In this document: positions 21,672 to 31,897 of the stretch, one piece after another
Layout: each line of letters starts with the position of its first letter
How positions within the stretch are numbered: the first letter of the stretch is position 1
Notes under the pieces: model-generated
The model's input: the letters and a program-made list of their open reading frames with translations, nothing else
What the model was told of the DNA's origin: nothing
Databases searched by the model: none
Translations under genes and position numbers: made by a program
Source: a virus
Length of the DNA stretch: 64,000 nucleotides
Strand: one strand, 5' to 3'
IMG/VR virus record: IMGVR_UViG_3300044640_000597
Coordinates: 21,966-85,965 of that record

Positions 21672-24600
21672 TTATCTAGGTGATACTCTTAGGGCAGCTG
21701 TCACAGTATACAAATTTATCAAATTTCTTGATAAGTTGTTAGCTATTAAACGAATTCCTAAAAATTTATCTACGAACTTTCTCTGTTCGTACCAAGGTTT
21801 GTTAGAGTTTATGTAATTAGAATTTATAATCCCCTCGTATAAGAACATAGGCTCAGTAGAAGTTGAAGCAAATGTACTAGTATAGGGAACTCCTTGCACG
21901 TTAATCTGTCCTACAGCTAACCCAGTATTGTTAGCAATGTTAGATAGGTCTCTAAATGCATTTATATTCCAAGTGTTATCTGTTTTTCTAATGTTGTTTA
22001 GATAAACAAAATCTATTTCTCCAGATATCTGAGTCGTATTATAGACATAGAAACTAGTAAAACCTGGATGGAACTGCTGCTCTACAGGTAAAGAATAATT
22101 TACTTTAGAAAACACATCAGCAGTATACTTAAATGAAGTGTAGATAGCATTTACTGGAGCAGTAAAGATGCAGTCTATTTCGAAGTTGTAAACTGTACCA
22201 TAGAAGTTTCCAGGATTGCTTAAGTCACTGTGCTCGTACATGTAAGTATACTGTCCAACAAATGGAAGTATTTGGGTATCAAAGCTATATAGATACTTAG
22301 AGTTGTATGCATACAGAGGTGGTATGTAGGAGTGTCGGCTAGCCCATATGCTCATTCCATTTGAGAATGAAATTGTCCAGCCACCTCTTTCAAAGTAAAC
22401 CCCTTCCTCAAGAGGAATGAAACTAGAAGTATTTGAATCATAGAATTGGTTTTTCTCATTTTGAAAAAAGATTCTATTTTGTTTAAACTCTTCTACAAAA
22501 TATTGAGTTGGGATAAGCTCTCTTTTTGTAATAATAGTCCGTTTAAATAACGGGTCATAGCTAACAAGGAATCCAAAGTCTGCTGTAGGGGAGTCCACAT
22601 TATAAACGGCCGAATCCATAACTCTCGCTCCGTCTGGATCCCATCCATAAGCTTCTAAAGCAAATGGGATGTTCTCTCTAGCCCAAGCATTTATTCCAAG
22701 TTCTGTAAGATCTACAATTTCGTCTTTAACTAAGAATATTTTTCTAGACTTTCTTGATACAAAAATGTACCCATCTTTGGTAACCAATGATCCCATCTTA
22801 TTATAGAGACCATTGTAACCTTCAGTGCTTTGGATAAATTCATCTGGCTCTTGAGCAAACAAATCCCCTGATCCAATGTAAGCCTGAGTAGCATCTGATA
22901 ACTCAAGGTTTTGCTTACCCTTAGTTCTAAATAAACTCTTCTCAGTGTGAATATAAAGAAGAGCCTTTAGGTTAAAGATGTTAGTAATCTGTCCTCTGTT
23001 TACTGCAAAGTCTTTATACTGTAGTCCGAGGAAGTATCTATAAGTATCATTGAAGTTACCATCTTGTGCTGAAGATCGTATCACTCTATTAGGGAAGAAT
23101 GGAGTGCTAATAGCTTCCTTAGGGAATGGGATTGTAACCCTAATATCTTGTGAAGCTGAGTAGTGGTCCTCGTAGAGAATGTTATCCATCTTGGTTAAAT
23201 CCCCAAGAGGACTTCTCCAAAGAACATCAGCTGCTACGTACTTATCAAAGTACATGCTGTTTAACTCACTAACTCCTGCTTCAGGATCTCCTGCATGTCG
23301 GTAGTTAATGTTGTCGTCAGACTCTACAATAAATTGATAAATAGTACTAAATGCTACATTACCATTCTTACTCCAGTTGTCATCAGTAGTAACAGCAGAT
23401 CTCCTTAATCCTTCAATTTCATCACCACCTTGTGGGTAAGGTCCAGAGCCACCAAATCTTAAAACGTCATAGTCTGATGTAGTTCCAAATATGTTTGTTC
23501 CAAATGATGGAGTTCTACCTTCAGTTAAATCTATAGGAATATCACCAAACAAATAATCGTCTTGTGACCCAGTAGGATTTGAAAAATCTAAGTATCTATT
23601 AACACCTCTATTAAATCTTCCTAGCCCGTATAAGTTAGATGTGGTTCTATAGCTATACTTACATAAGTATGTATCTCCACCAAAGACTGGCTCTGACGAG
23701 GAAGTTGATCCTTGACCATAGTAGTAGTTATCATCCTCAGCATCGTATCCAGTGTCAATATTTACATTCAAAAGACTTTTGTAGTAGCCAGTCCATACTA
23801 GTTTTTGAGAATCGAATGGTTCGTAAACATCTGTTTTAGTAGCACATAAATTTACTAAGTATACATTAGGTCTGGTTCTAGGGTCATTAACTGGGGAGCC
23901 TTCTATTCCTCCTCTAGGATAGAAATTATAGCCATTTATAGGATCTGTAATGAGTATGTTTTCTGTCAGAGTAATTATCCCTCCAGAGGCATCTAGAGAT
24001 TCTATGTATACAGGTCCAGTTGTAGGTAGGTATCCAGCCCCAGATGTTACTAGCATTCCTACAAAAAGATTGTTGATATCTGGATCAAAAGTTGTAATTA
24101 CAGGGAGTCCTGCAGTAGAGCCTCCTGTAATATTAATAGAAGCAGGTACTCCAGATGTATCTGGGGTACGTATTGCATAAGGCTGTCGTAAGCTTCCATG
24201 TCCTCTAGACATTAAACCATACCATTCAGATAAATCAGTTACAAAAGATGCACCTAACCCTCCATCATTTATATTGTTTGCTGGATAGAAGTCTGGGTTG
24301 ATACCACTTATTAAGGGGTATAAAGTTCCTGCTGCGTATATAGGGAGAGACCACATTAGGTTTCCTAATCCTACATAGCTCCACTCATTACTTCTATATC
24401 CACCCAGCATTGGTAGGCCTGACTCTAAGCTAAGAGCAATTGCACTTTCTCCAAAGGTGTTGTGTAAATAAGTAGAACTTTTAAAGCTGTTAGCTGATGT
24501 AGATTTAAGTATGCTAAGACCTGCTAAATATGTAGCACCGTTAGGCTCTATCATAAATATAGACTGAGCATCACTTAACAGATTAGCTTGGTTTGGTAGA

Positions 24601-27362
24601 AATGTAGGTAGCCTAAGTAGACCCCCTAATTGTTCTGTAGAACCTGTAGCAGTATTGGTATAAGTAGACCCTACGTCTATTAGATTTCCAGTAGAATCAA
24701 TTCTTGTTCCTGGGGCTGAATATCTAGAGGCAATGTAAACATTCCCCCAAAGTAGCCTTGGTCCAGGTAAATCCCAGTAAGGATCTTCTTCATCTGCAGC
24801 ATCGAAGTTAATCATGTTACCAAGGTCAGGGTGCACCCAAGAGAATGTATCTTCTCCAACTCCAGATCGAAATTGTCTATAAAATGTATTTATTGCATTG
24901 CCTCCTGTAGTCCCAGGAATGGCACTTGCAAGAGCACCTTTATATCCACCTCTCCAGTTTTCCATCATTACAACGTACTGGATGTCTATGTGAGTAGCTG
25001 TAGCAAGAGTATACTTTTTTCTTAGTAGAGTAAAGTCGTGAAACTTAAGTACAGGGTTTCCCATGTAGTAAGCTTGAGGAGGAGCTGATGGGGGACCGAC
25101 AACTTCGGGGGCCCATAGTGCATTAGCAATCATTAACCCTCCATACTTCTGGTGACCATCCATAGCCCAGATGTTAAAGAATGGTCCAGTACCAGCACTT
25201 TTGTTGGTGTTAATTAAGTTAGATGCTAGATAAGAAGTTCCTGGATGAGCCCCACTTTGTCCTATAATAGTTTTATTTCCCTCAGTTCTTTTGGCATAGT
25301 ATACTCTATATCCTTGTACTTGATTAAGTATAAACTTTGGAATTTTTATATTATTTAGCTGTACTCCTAATATCCTTACAGTCTCTGAGAAATCTCTTGC
25401 ACTTGCTTTAGTCAAGTATACAGAGTCAGCGGTAGATATATCAGGGCTTCCGAAATACGTGTCTCTAACAACGTGGCTAAAAGAAGCGTTGTGGTTAGAT
25501 GGCATTTTATGATGTCTTACAAAATTACTAGCTAATGCATTTCCTAAATATATACTTTGCCCAGAAGAATCCACAGCCCAAGATGTAAAGTCATTGGTGT
25601 CTGGATATCTTTCATTTTGATTTCTCCAGAACCCCATATTGTTAGTCGGATTAATAGTAGACATGTAACTAGTATCCAAATACTGATAAGGTAATGAGTC
25701 TGGTGAATAAGCTAATATTTCATCATACTTAAAAATATCTCCATCAGGACCTATATTGTTTGGCAAGCTTGCCCAGTCTAATTCAAACCTATCTGCTATG
25801 TTCCTCCCAGGTATATGGTAAGCATAACTCTCACTTCCATCTTTTAAGATAAAAGAAATATAAAATGCATAAACTTCTCCACGTCTGTAGCCTTTTCTTT
25901 TAAATAAAATATTAGGATCCCGATAACCAGCTGACGTCCCTCTTTGAATAGGAACAATAACATTACTAATGTAAGCATCAGTTACACCATCCATTCCTTC
26001 CAACTCTGCATACGGTATAGTACCAAATGTTCCTACTGGATACCCCTCAGGGCTGCCACTTAAAGGGGGGTACAGACTTGTATTCGGATCTGGGTAGAAT
26101 AGTTGAGAGTAGCCTTCATTTAAATTGTAGACATCATAGTGCCTAGGATCAAATTGTGTTAGAGTGTCAGTTACAGCTTCTATTACAATTTCATTTGCAA
26201 ATCTTTGATACCCTAGATCTGGTCTGCTAGTAAGATTAGCAGCATACAACTTGTTATCTAGTTGAGTGATTGATTTAGCAGTTAAGTATCTTACTTTGTC
26301 TAGTACAGCTTCTTCAATAGCAGATGCTGCTGATTTTTCTAACCCACTATAAACTACCCCTGCAGTTGTACCTAAGATGTCTAGTTTTTCTAGCTTGTAT
26401 ACAAATCTAGCTTTACCACTATACTGTATTACGTAGGGGATAATGTAAGAGTACTCTCTGTTAATATCAGAGATGTTCCAAACAATAGACTTATTTGTCT
26501 GAGTATTGTTTGGGGCTCCACTAATAGACTCTCTAGGAATTGTAGTGTCGTCTCCTGGAACTATGTATACTGGATTTGATACTGTTAAAACATTTGTCTC
26601 TGTACCGTCTTGATCAGCATATGCTATGCCTATATAGTATGCTCCTGTAACAACCCCACCACCTTTTAGAATTTCAATAGAATCAAATTTAGGTATTCTT
26701 CCTGCATCTAAAAAAATATTTAAGAATTCTACTCTCGAGTTATTTCCGTATAGATTAGAAGGATTTGATGTAGTAGTGAGAGAGTCTAGCTGCTTAGTTA
26801 TGTTAAATACCCTAGGTGGATTGTATCTATTTATGTACTTAATATTACTAGCAGGATCTGTGATAAACTCATAGTTATTATCTGTAAAGTATACAAGTTC
26901 TTCTTGAGCTGGAGATACTCTAAACTCACCAGTAACAGGATGCTCAGTATCAAAATTTAAATGTCCTAGTGGGTTAACTGCTCCAGTTAGAGTATTTTTA
27001 TCTGTAGTATAATATAATACGTCAGCAATTTGAGTAGCTACGTTTACATAGAATATAGCAGAAATGTTTATTACACCATGTACTAAATCTGTATACTGAC
27101 CTGAGCCAAATATGATAAAGTTATCATTTAATAAAGCAATCTGTCCTATTGGAGAAATAGCTACATTTTGAGTACCTCCTCCAGAGATAAGAATGCCTGA
27201 AATATTTAAGGTACCAACTTGTATGTTACCATATTCATTCAATACATTTAATTTCTGATCGTCTACGATAAGATTAACAGCATCTCTATAGCTACCATCA
27301 ATCTGATCCATACGACCAGTATCTTTAATCATCCCCTTTAGAGGCTTAAATGTATCTGCCAT
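21672..27362 (-). CDS. Tail muzzle / tail stabilisation protein (P22 gp10-like)
   Basis: 1896 aa. KGMIKD..., GYRRGEVYAFYISFILKDGSES and WTISFS...WASRHSYIP motifs; position after the ring protein. Confidence 0.75.
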   Translation of the reverse strand: MADTFKPLKGMIKDTGRMDQIDGSYRDAVNLIVDDQKLNVLNEYGNIQVGTLNISGILISGGGTQNVAISPIGQIALLNDNFIIFGSGQYTDLVHGVINISAIFYVNVATQIADVLYYTTDKNTLTGAVNPLGHLNFDTEHPVTGEFRVSPAQEELVYFTDNNYEFITDPASNIKYINRYNPPRVFNITKQLDSLTTTSNPSNLYGNNSRVEFLNIFLDAGRIPKFDSIEILKGGGVVTGAYYIGIAYADQDGTETNVLTVSNPVYIVPGDDTTIPRESISGAPNNTQTNKSIVWNISDINREYSYIIPYVIQYSGKARFVYKLEKLDILGTTAGVVYSGLEKSAASAIEEAVLDKVRYLTAKSITQLDNKLYAANLTSRPDLGYQRFANEIVIEAVTDTLTQFDPRHYDVYNLNEGYSQLFYPDPNTSLYPPLSGSPEGYPVGTFGTIPYAELEGMDGVTDAYISNVIVPIQRGTSAGYRDPNILFKRKGYRRGEVYAFYISFILKDGSESYAYHIPGRNIADRFELDWASLPNNIGPDGDIFKYDEILAYSPDSLPYQYLDTSYMSTINPTNNMGFWRNQNERYPDTNDFTSWAVDSSGQSIYLGNALASNFVRHHKMPSNHNASFSHVVRDTYFGSPDISTADSVYLTKASARDFSETVRILGVQLNNIKIPKFILNQVQGYRVYYAKRTEGNKTIIGQSGAHPGTSYLASNLINTNKSAGTGPFFNIWAMDGHQKYGGLMIANALWAPEVVGPPSAPPQAYYMGNPVLKFHDFTLLRKKYTLATATHIDIQYVVMMENWRGGYKGALASAIPGTTGGNAINTFYRQFRSGVGEDTFSWVHPDLGNMINFDAADEEDPYWDLPGPRLLWGNVYIASRYSAPGTRIDSTGNLIDVGSTYTNTATGSTEQLGGLLRLPTFLPNQANLLSDAQSIFMIEPNGATYLAGLSILKSTSANSFKSSTYLHNTFGESAIALSLESGLPMLGGYRSNEWSYVGLGNLMWSLPIYAAGTLYPLISGINPDFYPANNINDGGLGASFVTDLSEWYGLMSRGHGSLRQPYAIRTPDTSGVPASINITGGSTAGLPVITTFDPDINNLFVGMLVTSGAGYLPTTGPVYIESLDASGGIITLTENILITDPINGYNFYPRGGIEGSPVNDPRTRPNVYLVNLCATKTDVYEPFDSQKLVWTGYYKSLLNVNIDTGYDAEDDNYYYGQGSTSSSEPVFGGDTYLCKYSYRTTSNLYGLGRFNRGVNRYLDFSNPTGSQDDYLFGDIPIDLTEGRTPSFGTNIFGTTSDYDVLRFGGSGPYPQGGDEIEGLRRSAVTTDDNWSKNGNVAFSTIYQFIVESDDNINYRHAGDPEAGVSELNSMYFDKYVAADVLWRSPLGDLTKMDNILYEDHYSASQDIRVTIPFPKEAISTPFFPNRVIRSSAQDGNFNDTYRYFLGLQYKDFAVNRGQITNIFNLKALLYIHTEKSLFRTKGKQNLELSDATQAYIGSGDLFAQEPDEFIQSTEGYNGLYNKMGSLVTKDGYIFVSRKSRKIFLVKDEIVDLTELGINAWARENIPFALEAYGWDPDGARVMDSAVYNVDSPTADFGFLVSYDPLFKRTIITKRELIPTQYFVEEFKQNRIFFQNEKNQFYDSNTSSFIPLEEGVYFERGGWTISFSNGMSIWASRHSYIPPLYAYNSKYLYSFDTQILPFVGQYTYMYEHSDLSNPGNFYGTVYNFEIDCIFTAPVNAIYTSFKYTADVFSKVNYSLPVEQQFHPGFTSFYVYNTTQISGEIDFVYLNNIRKTDNTWNINAFRDLSNIANNTGLAVGQINVQGVPYTSTFASTSTEPMFLYEGIINSNYINSNKPWYEQRKFVDKFLGIRLIANNLSRNLINLYTVTAALRVSPR

Positions 27363-27364
27363 GT

Positions 27365-28261
27365 TTATAGAATTCCGTAGTTAGTGTATCTTCCTCTGTC
27401 TAAAGTCTCTCTTGTACCAAGGTTCTCAAAGAAGTTAGCATGTCTGTTCAGGTTAGGAACAAGACGAACCCACTGGTTCATGAATGACTCGTACTTATCA
27501 ATGCTTGGGAAGTTAGATTGGTTTCTAGCTTGTGAGCAGTAGAACTTCCATTTGTTATCAGCAAAGTCATACCCGATACCGTTCATAGATGGGGTATAGC
27601 CTCCAAGCAACATCTGCTTGTATACATACCAGAATAAAGCTTCTTTAAAGCTAACATCTTCTGGAATCATTGGGTAGCAGTCCTCATCAATTGGGAATGC
27701 AGTGTAGCTTACACATACAGCTCCATCCTCGAATGAAGTCTTAATGTAATCCCCATCAATAATATAGCTAGGTTTAACTACACCGTATAAGTTCTTACAA
27801 TCCTCACAATCTAAGCTGTTAGGGAATGTAGTTGTTCCGTATTGTAGTGGAGTTAGTGGTTGACCTGTATTTAAATAGAGATTCTCGAGTACCACTATTC
27901 TAGCATTCAGTTCTCTTAACTGATTGTTGAATCCTATTTTATCGTTTGGGTTAGATACGATTTGAGCATTCAGAGTTTTAACCTCTTCAAACAAAGCATC
28001 AAGTTCTACAGAAATAGATGGATTAACAGCACTGTTAACCCCAACTTGCTGGATATAGTAAAGGTCCATTGGAAGCAGAGCCCTAAAGTTCTTAATAGGC
28101 AAAACACAGCCCTTCTGACTGAGCTGTGGTGCAGAGCCTATGTGCTCTAATGCTTCCCCCATCCATTCTACAGCATCATCAATCCAGTTATCTCCAGGAG
28201 GTTTTAAGTCCCTCATAACTTTTCTGATAATGACCTTACTTGATATTAGTTTGTACAGCAT
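27365..28261 (-). CDS. Tail ring / tubular protein (P22 gp4-like)
   Basis: 298 aa. IKTSFEDG.V.VSY..FP.DED.YPMIP....FKEAL.WY pattern of crAss ring proteins. Confidence 0.7.
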   Translation of the reverse strand: MLYKLISSKVIIRKVMRDLKPPGDNWIDDAVEWMGEALEHIGSAPQLSQKGCVLPIKNFRALLPMDLYYIQQVGVNSAVNPSISVELDALFEEVKTLNAQIVSNPNDKIGFNNQLRELNARIVVLENLYLNTGQPLTPLQYGTTTFPNSLDCEDCKNLYGVVKPSYIIDGDYIKTSFEDGAVCVSYTAFPIDEDCYPMIPEDVSFKEALFWYVYKQMLLGGYTPSMNGIGYDFADNKWKFYCSQARNQSNFPSIDKYESFMNQWVRLVPNLNRHANFFENLGTRETLDRGRYTNYGIL

Positions 28262-28264
28262 CTT

Positions 28265-28771
28265 TTAATGTTTATGAAACCCAGGTACGTATTTCTTAAA
28301 CCGTAAGTAGGCTAGCTCATCAGTGTGTAAAAGGGCAGTAAGCTTTTCCTTATTGCCCTTTACACCTCTAGTAGCATCAAACCTATATGCGGTTTTATTT
28401 TTAATCTTAGCACGGCTTTTAGTCCAGTGGAATTTACAGTAGAATTTATCTGTATAGTAAATGTGCCACTTTTCCCCTTCCCCTGTTCGGCTATCATAAA
28501 GCTCTACACCTTTGTCAAGTAGTTCCTTTTTGTATTTTGTAGTCTCTCCCCAGTCAATCTGTGGTTTTCTTGGGTCTCTTTCTACTCTTCTAACTGATAC
28601 TGTACCTAGGTTATTCTGCAAATTGAATTCGTATCCGTTCAGTAACTCGTTAAATATTGCAATGTTAAACTCAGAACATATGTCAGCAAATACTCGGTAA
28701 TCTATCTTGTCTTCAGTGTTTTCGTCGTAGTCTTTAAATATAGCTCTAATTGTATGTGATTTGGTTTGCAT
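28265..28771 (-). CDS. IHF/HU-like DNA-binding protein (crAss tail-module type)
   Basis: 168 aa. GYEFNL..NLGTVSVRR...IDWGET...KFHW...YRF pattern; conserved position before the ring and muzzle genes. Confidence 0.55.
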   Translation of the reverse strand: MQTKSHTIRAIFKDYDENTEDKIDYRVFADICSEFNIAIFNELLNGYEFNLQNNLGTVSVRRVERDPRKPQIDWGETTKYKKELLDKGVELYDSRTGEGEKWHIYYTDKFYCKFHWTKSRAKIKNKTAYRFDATRGVKGNKEKLTALLHTDELAYLRFKKYVPGFHKH

Positions 28772-28819
28772 TATTAAATCATTTCAGGCCCTGTACAGTC
28801 TCCACTCCAGCATCCTGTT

Positions 28820-29536
28820 TTACCTTTTCTTTGTCTTCTTCTTGCTTTCCTCCATCATCTCCATACCAGCATCGTTAGAGCTAGTAGAGTCAGACATACC
28901 ACCAAGACCTTTCTTGCCTTTAGCAGCCATTTCTTGGAACTTTTTCTTACCGTACTTATTTCTGCCGATAGTAGCAGCTATTGATTTGGCCGAGTCCTCA
29001 GACTTTCCTTTTTTTTTTAAACCTGCTACCATTGAAGCAAATCTTCCACCACCACCTGGCTCCATAGATTTACCACCAGTTTTCTTTGTCTGTCTGCCTG
29101 GGGTCATCATGTTTTCAATTTTTTCTTTTTTACCCTTAAGTTTTTTAACATAAGAGTCAGAAAGAGTTGATTCTGAAACACCAGATATTTTACTAGCAGC
29201 TTTATTTAGATATTCCTCTGAGTCAAGATTTTTTGAATTAGCAGTAATGTCCTCTATTTTTTTGTTAACTTTGGCAAGCTTTGCTTGATTTCTTTCTGCG
29301 GGAGTTTTAAACTTAAAAGGTTTTCCAGGATCAGCACCCCCAGTTTTTTTCTTAGTGCCTTCCATTCCGTGCATCTTTTTCAATCTAGAGACGTTTTCAG
29401 ATTTTTCAGCAGCAGAGTAAAGTCCACCGTAGCCTTTTTTCATTGGCTTGTTTCCAAAAGTAATTTCTTTTGATTCCTCCATGAAGGAACTTTTCTTCTT
29501 AGAGGCCTTGCCTCCTTTTTTATACATTGGTACCAT
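28820..29536 (-). CDS. Lys-rich low-complexity protein with repeated KKxGG motifs
   Basis: 238-aa ORF in the operon; very basic. Confidence 0.65.
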   Translation of the reverse strand: MVPMYKKGGKASKKKSSFMEESKEITFGNKPMKKGYGGLYSAAEKSENVSRLKKMHGMEGTKKKTGGADPGKPFKFKTPAERNQAKLAKVNKKIEDITANSKNLDSEEYLNKAASKISGVSESTLSDSYVKKLKGKKEKIENMMTPGRQTKKTGGKSMEPGGGGRFASMVAGLKKKGKSEDSAKSIAATIGRNKYGKKKFQEMAAKGKKGLGGMSDSTSSNDAGMEMMEESKKKTKKR

Positions 29537-29547
29537 CTTCTTTGTTA

Positions 29548-30357
29548 TTAACAGTTTTTACCACCCATTTTCTTTTTGCCACCAGTTTTTTTGCCATAGG
29601 TTTTAAGCTTTGACATAAACTCTGTTTTTTGTTCAGGAGTCATAGCAGGTTTTGGGGTTTTTCCAATAGCAGCTTGCCCTTGAGCAGCGGTCATCTTACC
29701 TTGAAACACTTGGCCTACAGCCTCTTTTGTTGACATTGTAGGACCAGCAGTCTGGTATTTTTTAGAAGGTCCACCGAACTTAAGTTCTTTAGATTCTTCT
29801 AACCAGCTAGATTTTTTCTTTCCCCCAGTTTTTTGCATACCAGGTTCAGTTGCATACACTCTTTTAAAGTCGTATTGAACTTCAGGTTTAGGGGCAGTTG
29901 CCTCTTTAAATGCTGCTAAATTTGCTTCTCTTCTAGCTTGTCTATCTGCTTGATTAGCAGCCATTTTAGCTTGACGAGTGTCAATTACAGCTTGGTCTGC
30001 TGCTATTTGTTCTGCACTTTTTTTAACTACTCTATCTGCATATTGCGGTTTAGAGCTAAGACCTGTAGCACCTGCACCAGTATAGTTACTTCCAGATACA
30101 CCAGCATAGCTAGAGCCACCAGCAATTACATCTTTACATCCTGCTCCAACACATTGTTTTCCAGGAGCAGCATTTGCTGACAGTCCTGTAACAGTAAATT
30201 TAGGACCTGCAGTTTGGTATTTTTTAGCTTTTATTTTCTTCTCTTGTTTAAGCATCTCTTTAGTTGGTTCTTTACCAGAGCCTTTGTTAGCTCTTATATT
30301 ATCCCACAGACCTCTTCGACTAGTAGAGCCGTCGGCTCGTTTAAGCATTTTCTTCAT
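29548..30357 (-). CDS. Lys-rich protein with KYQTAGP/KTGG repeats
   Basis: 269 aa. N-terminal GLWDNIRANKGSGK module; overlaps the upstream stop. Confidence 0.65.
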   Translation of the reverse strand: MKKMLKRADGSTSRRGLWDNIRANKGSGKEPTKEMLKQEKKIKAKKYQTAGPKFTVTGLSANAAPGKQCVGAGCKDVIAGGSSYAGVSGSNYTGAGATGLSSKPQYADRVVKKSAEQIAADQAVIDTRQAKMAANQADRQARREANLAAFKEATAPKPEVQYDFKRVYATEPGMQKTGGKKKSSWLEESKELKFGGPSKKYQTAGPTMSTKEAVGQVFQGKMTAAQGQAAIGKTPKPAMTPEQKTEFMSKLKTYGKKTGGKKKMGGKNC

Positions 30358-30571
30358 TGTCTGTAAGTTTTTTATCGTACATGGCTCTCTGCTTTCTTGC
30401 AGTCAAAGCTCGTTCTATGTTAAACCAAATAAGGGTAATTGCCCCTACGATTCCTAGGCCCCAAGTGACTGCATTAGACATCATTGCCCAAGTCCATCCT
30501 GCCCATATTGCATTAAGTCCGATCCATTCAAGTTGGTGAGTCATATTATCGTCAAATTCAAAGTTTTTCAT
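30341..30571 (-). CDS. Small membrane protein (holin-like)
   Basis: Likely start MKNFEF at 30571. One or two hydrophobic segments and a basic C-terminal tail. Confidence 0.5.
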   Translation of the reverse strand: MKNFEFDDNMTHQLEWIGLNAIWAGWTWAMMSNAVTWGLGIVGAITLIWFNIERALTARKQRAMYDKKLTDNEENA

Positions 30572-30575
30572 TAGG

Positions 30576-30842
30576 TTACCAGTTTGAGCAGCTACCGCAT
30601 CTCCAGACACGAAGCGATTTGTTTATTCTTGAATTTGGGTCGTTTGCAGTTTTACTTGATGTCAGCTTGGACTTCATCCCACACATCCTGCTACAGAATG
30701 AGTTACGTCGTTTTCCACCCTTAGGTTGTGGGGCTCCTAGTTTAGATCCAGGGTTAGCGGCACGGTAAGAAGCTCTGCCTTTTGCATTTAAGCCCCCTTT
30801 TGGGTTCTTACCTTCTGATCGTTGCCAAGCTGGTGATGCCAT
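30576..30842 (-). CDS. Small basic phage protein (DUF6321-like)
   Basis: WQRSEGKNPKGGLNAKGRASY...RRNSFCSRM...DPNSRINKSLR.W.C, a motif set I recognise from aquatic phages. Confidence 0.6.
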   Translation of the reverse strand: MASPAWQRSEGKNPKGGLNAKGRASYRAANPGSKLGAPQPKGGKRRNSFCSRMCGMKSKLTSSKTANDPNSRINKSLRVWRCGSCSNW

Positions 30843-30847
30843 CGTTA

Positions 30848-30855
30848 CAAAGTTA
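30848..30855 (-). promoter_or_regulatory. Bacteroidota-type -7 promoter box TAACTTTG
   Basis: Matches TAnnTTTG, 5 nt before the ATG at 30842. Confidence 0.55.
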
Positions 30856-30863
30856 GTTTAAAA

Positions 30864-31586
30864 CTATTGAGGTTGGTTATCGTAGTTAGAATTTTGTTGG
30901 GCAGTTTGCGGAGCTTGAGGAGTGATATCCTGAAGCCTATCTGCAGTGGTATCTGTGAATGTACCAGCAAGTAATCTTAGCTCCCCATTCATCATGCCCT
31001 GGGTAATGGCTTGCACCATGTCCATCGGCATAGGAAACGGGGTGTCATCAGTATAACAAGGCAAGCCATTACAATCACTAAATTTAGAAGCCTCTTCTGG
31101 ATTTTCGAATATCCCTCTGATATTGACATAGTCTGCACCTTTGTTATTTAGAATGTATAAGTAGTCTTCAATCATGTAAGCTTTCATGTTGTTGCCAGTA
31201 TACTTATCGGCAGATATAAAAGCTACTTCGTATGGCTTAATCATTTGTATCCTTCCAGTACCTGTGATATCCCCTACGTAGGTAATGGCTTCTTCAAAGT
31301 TAAACCTAACAGTTCTAGGGAGAGGTTTAATACTTCTCCAGGCTGGACAGTCTATATTTATGTTACAACACTTAGATAAGTCAACTCTCTCAAGTTGAAC
31401 ACATCTTAAGTCTTGTTCTAAATGTCTGGTTACTAAACCATTTCTTGCAAAGTCCCTACGAATGAATACAGCACGGTAATGCTTAATGTTAAACTTGATT
31501 TGCGACAATGAAATATTATCATCGTTCGAGGACCTACCCCCACGAAAGGAATTTAGAAGGTTATATGCAATCTCATCTAAGGTCAT
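30864..31586 (-). CDS. Tail ring protein
   Basis: 240 aa. MTLDEIAYNLL...QIKFNI..YRA..., YVNIRGIFENP, C...D.PFP pattern of crAss ring proteins. Confidence 0.65.
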   Translation of the reverse strand: MTLDEIAYNLLNSFRGGRSSNDDNISLSQIKFNIKHYRAVFIRRDFARNGLVTRHLEQDLRCVQLERVDLSKCCNINIDCPAWRSIKPLPRTVRFNFEEAITYVGDITGTGRIQMIKPYEVAFISADKYTGNNMKAYMIEDYLYILNNKGADYVNIRGIFENPEEASKFSDCNGLPCYTDDTPFPMPMDMVQAITQGMMNGELRLLAGTFTDTTADRLQDITPQAPQTAQQNSNYDNQPQ

Positions 31587-31597
31587 CTATGAATGTA

Positions 31598-31897
31598 TTA
31601 GTTACTTATTTTATTAGTCATCTCTTGCTTAGCTTTTACTAAGTCTATGCATTTCTCGTATTCTTCGTTTTGTTCAAAATAACTTATCATAAGGTCTGCA
31701 ACATTCAAAAAGTCCTCAAGCTTGCTAGGGTTAAATGGAAAGATAACCACAAGCTTTTCAGTAGTTAACTCAGCCAATGTTTTTTTGGCTGTGATTAACT
31801 TATATCCATTATTGTAACAAGCATCAATTGATGCTACTTTATCGAAGAACTCCTCCATATCCTGGTCGAATTCCTCGTCGTATTCATCTTCACTCAT
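31598..31897 (-). CDS. Hypothetical protein
   Basis: 99-aa ORF with ATGA overlap; ends in a YFEQNEEYEKC motif. Confidence 0.6.
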   Translation of the reverse strand: MSEDEYDEEFDQDMEEFFDKVASIDACYNNGYKLITAKKTLAELTTEKLVVIFPFNPSKLEDFLNVADLMISYFEQNEEYEKCIDLVKAKQEMTNKISN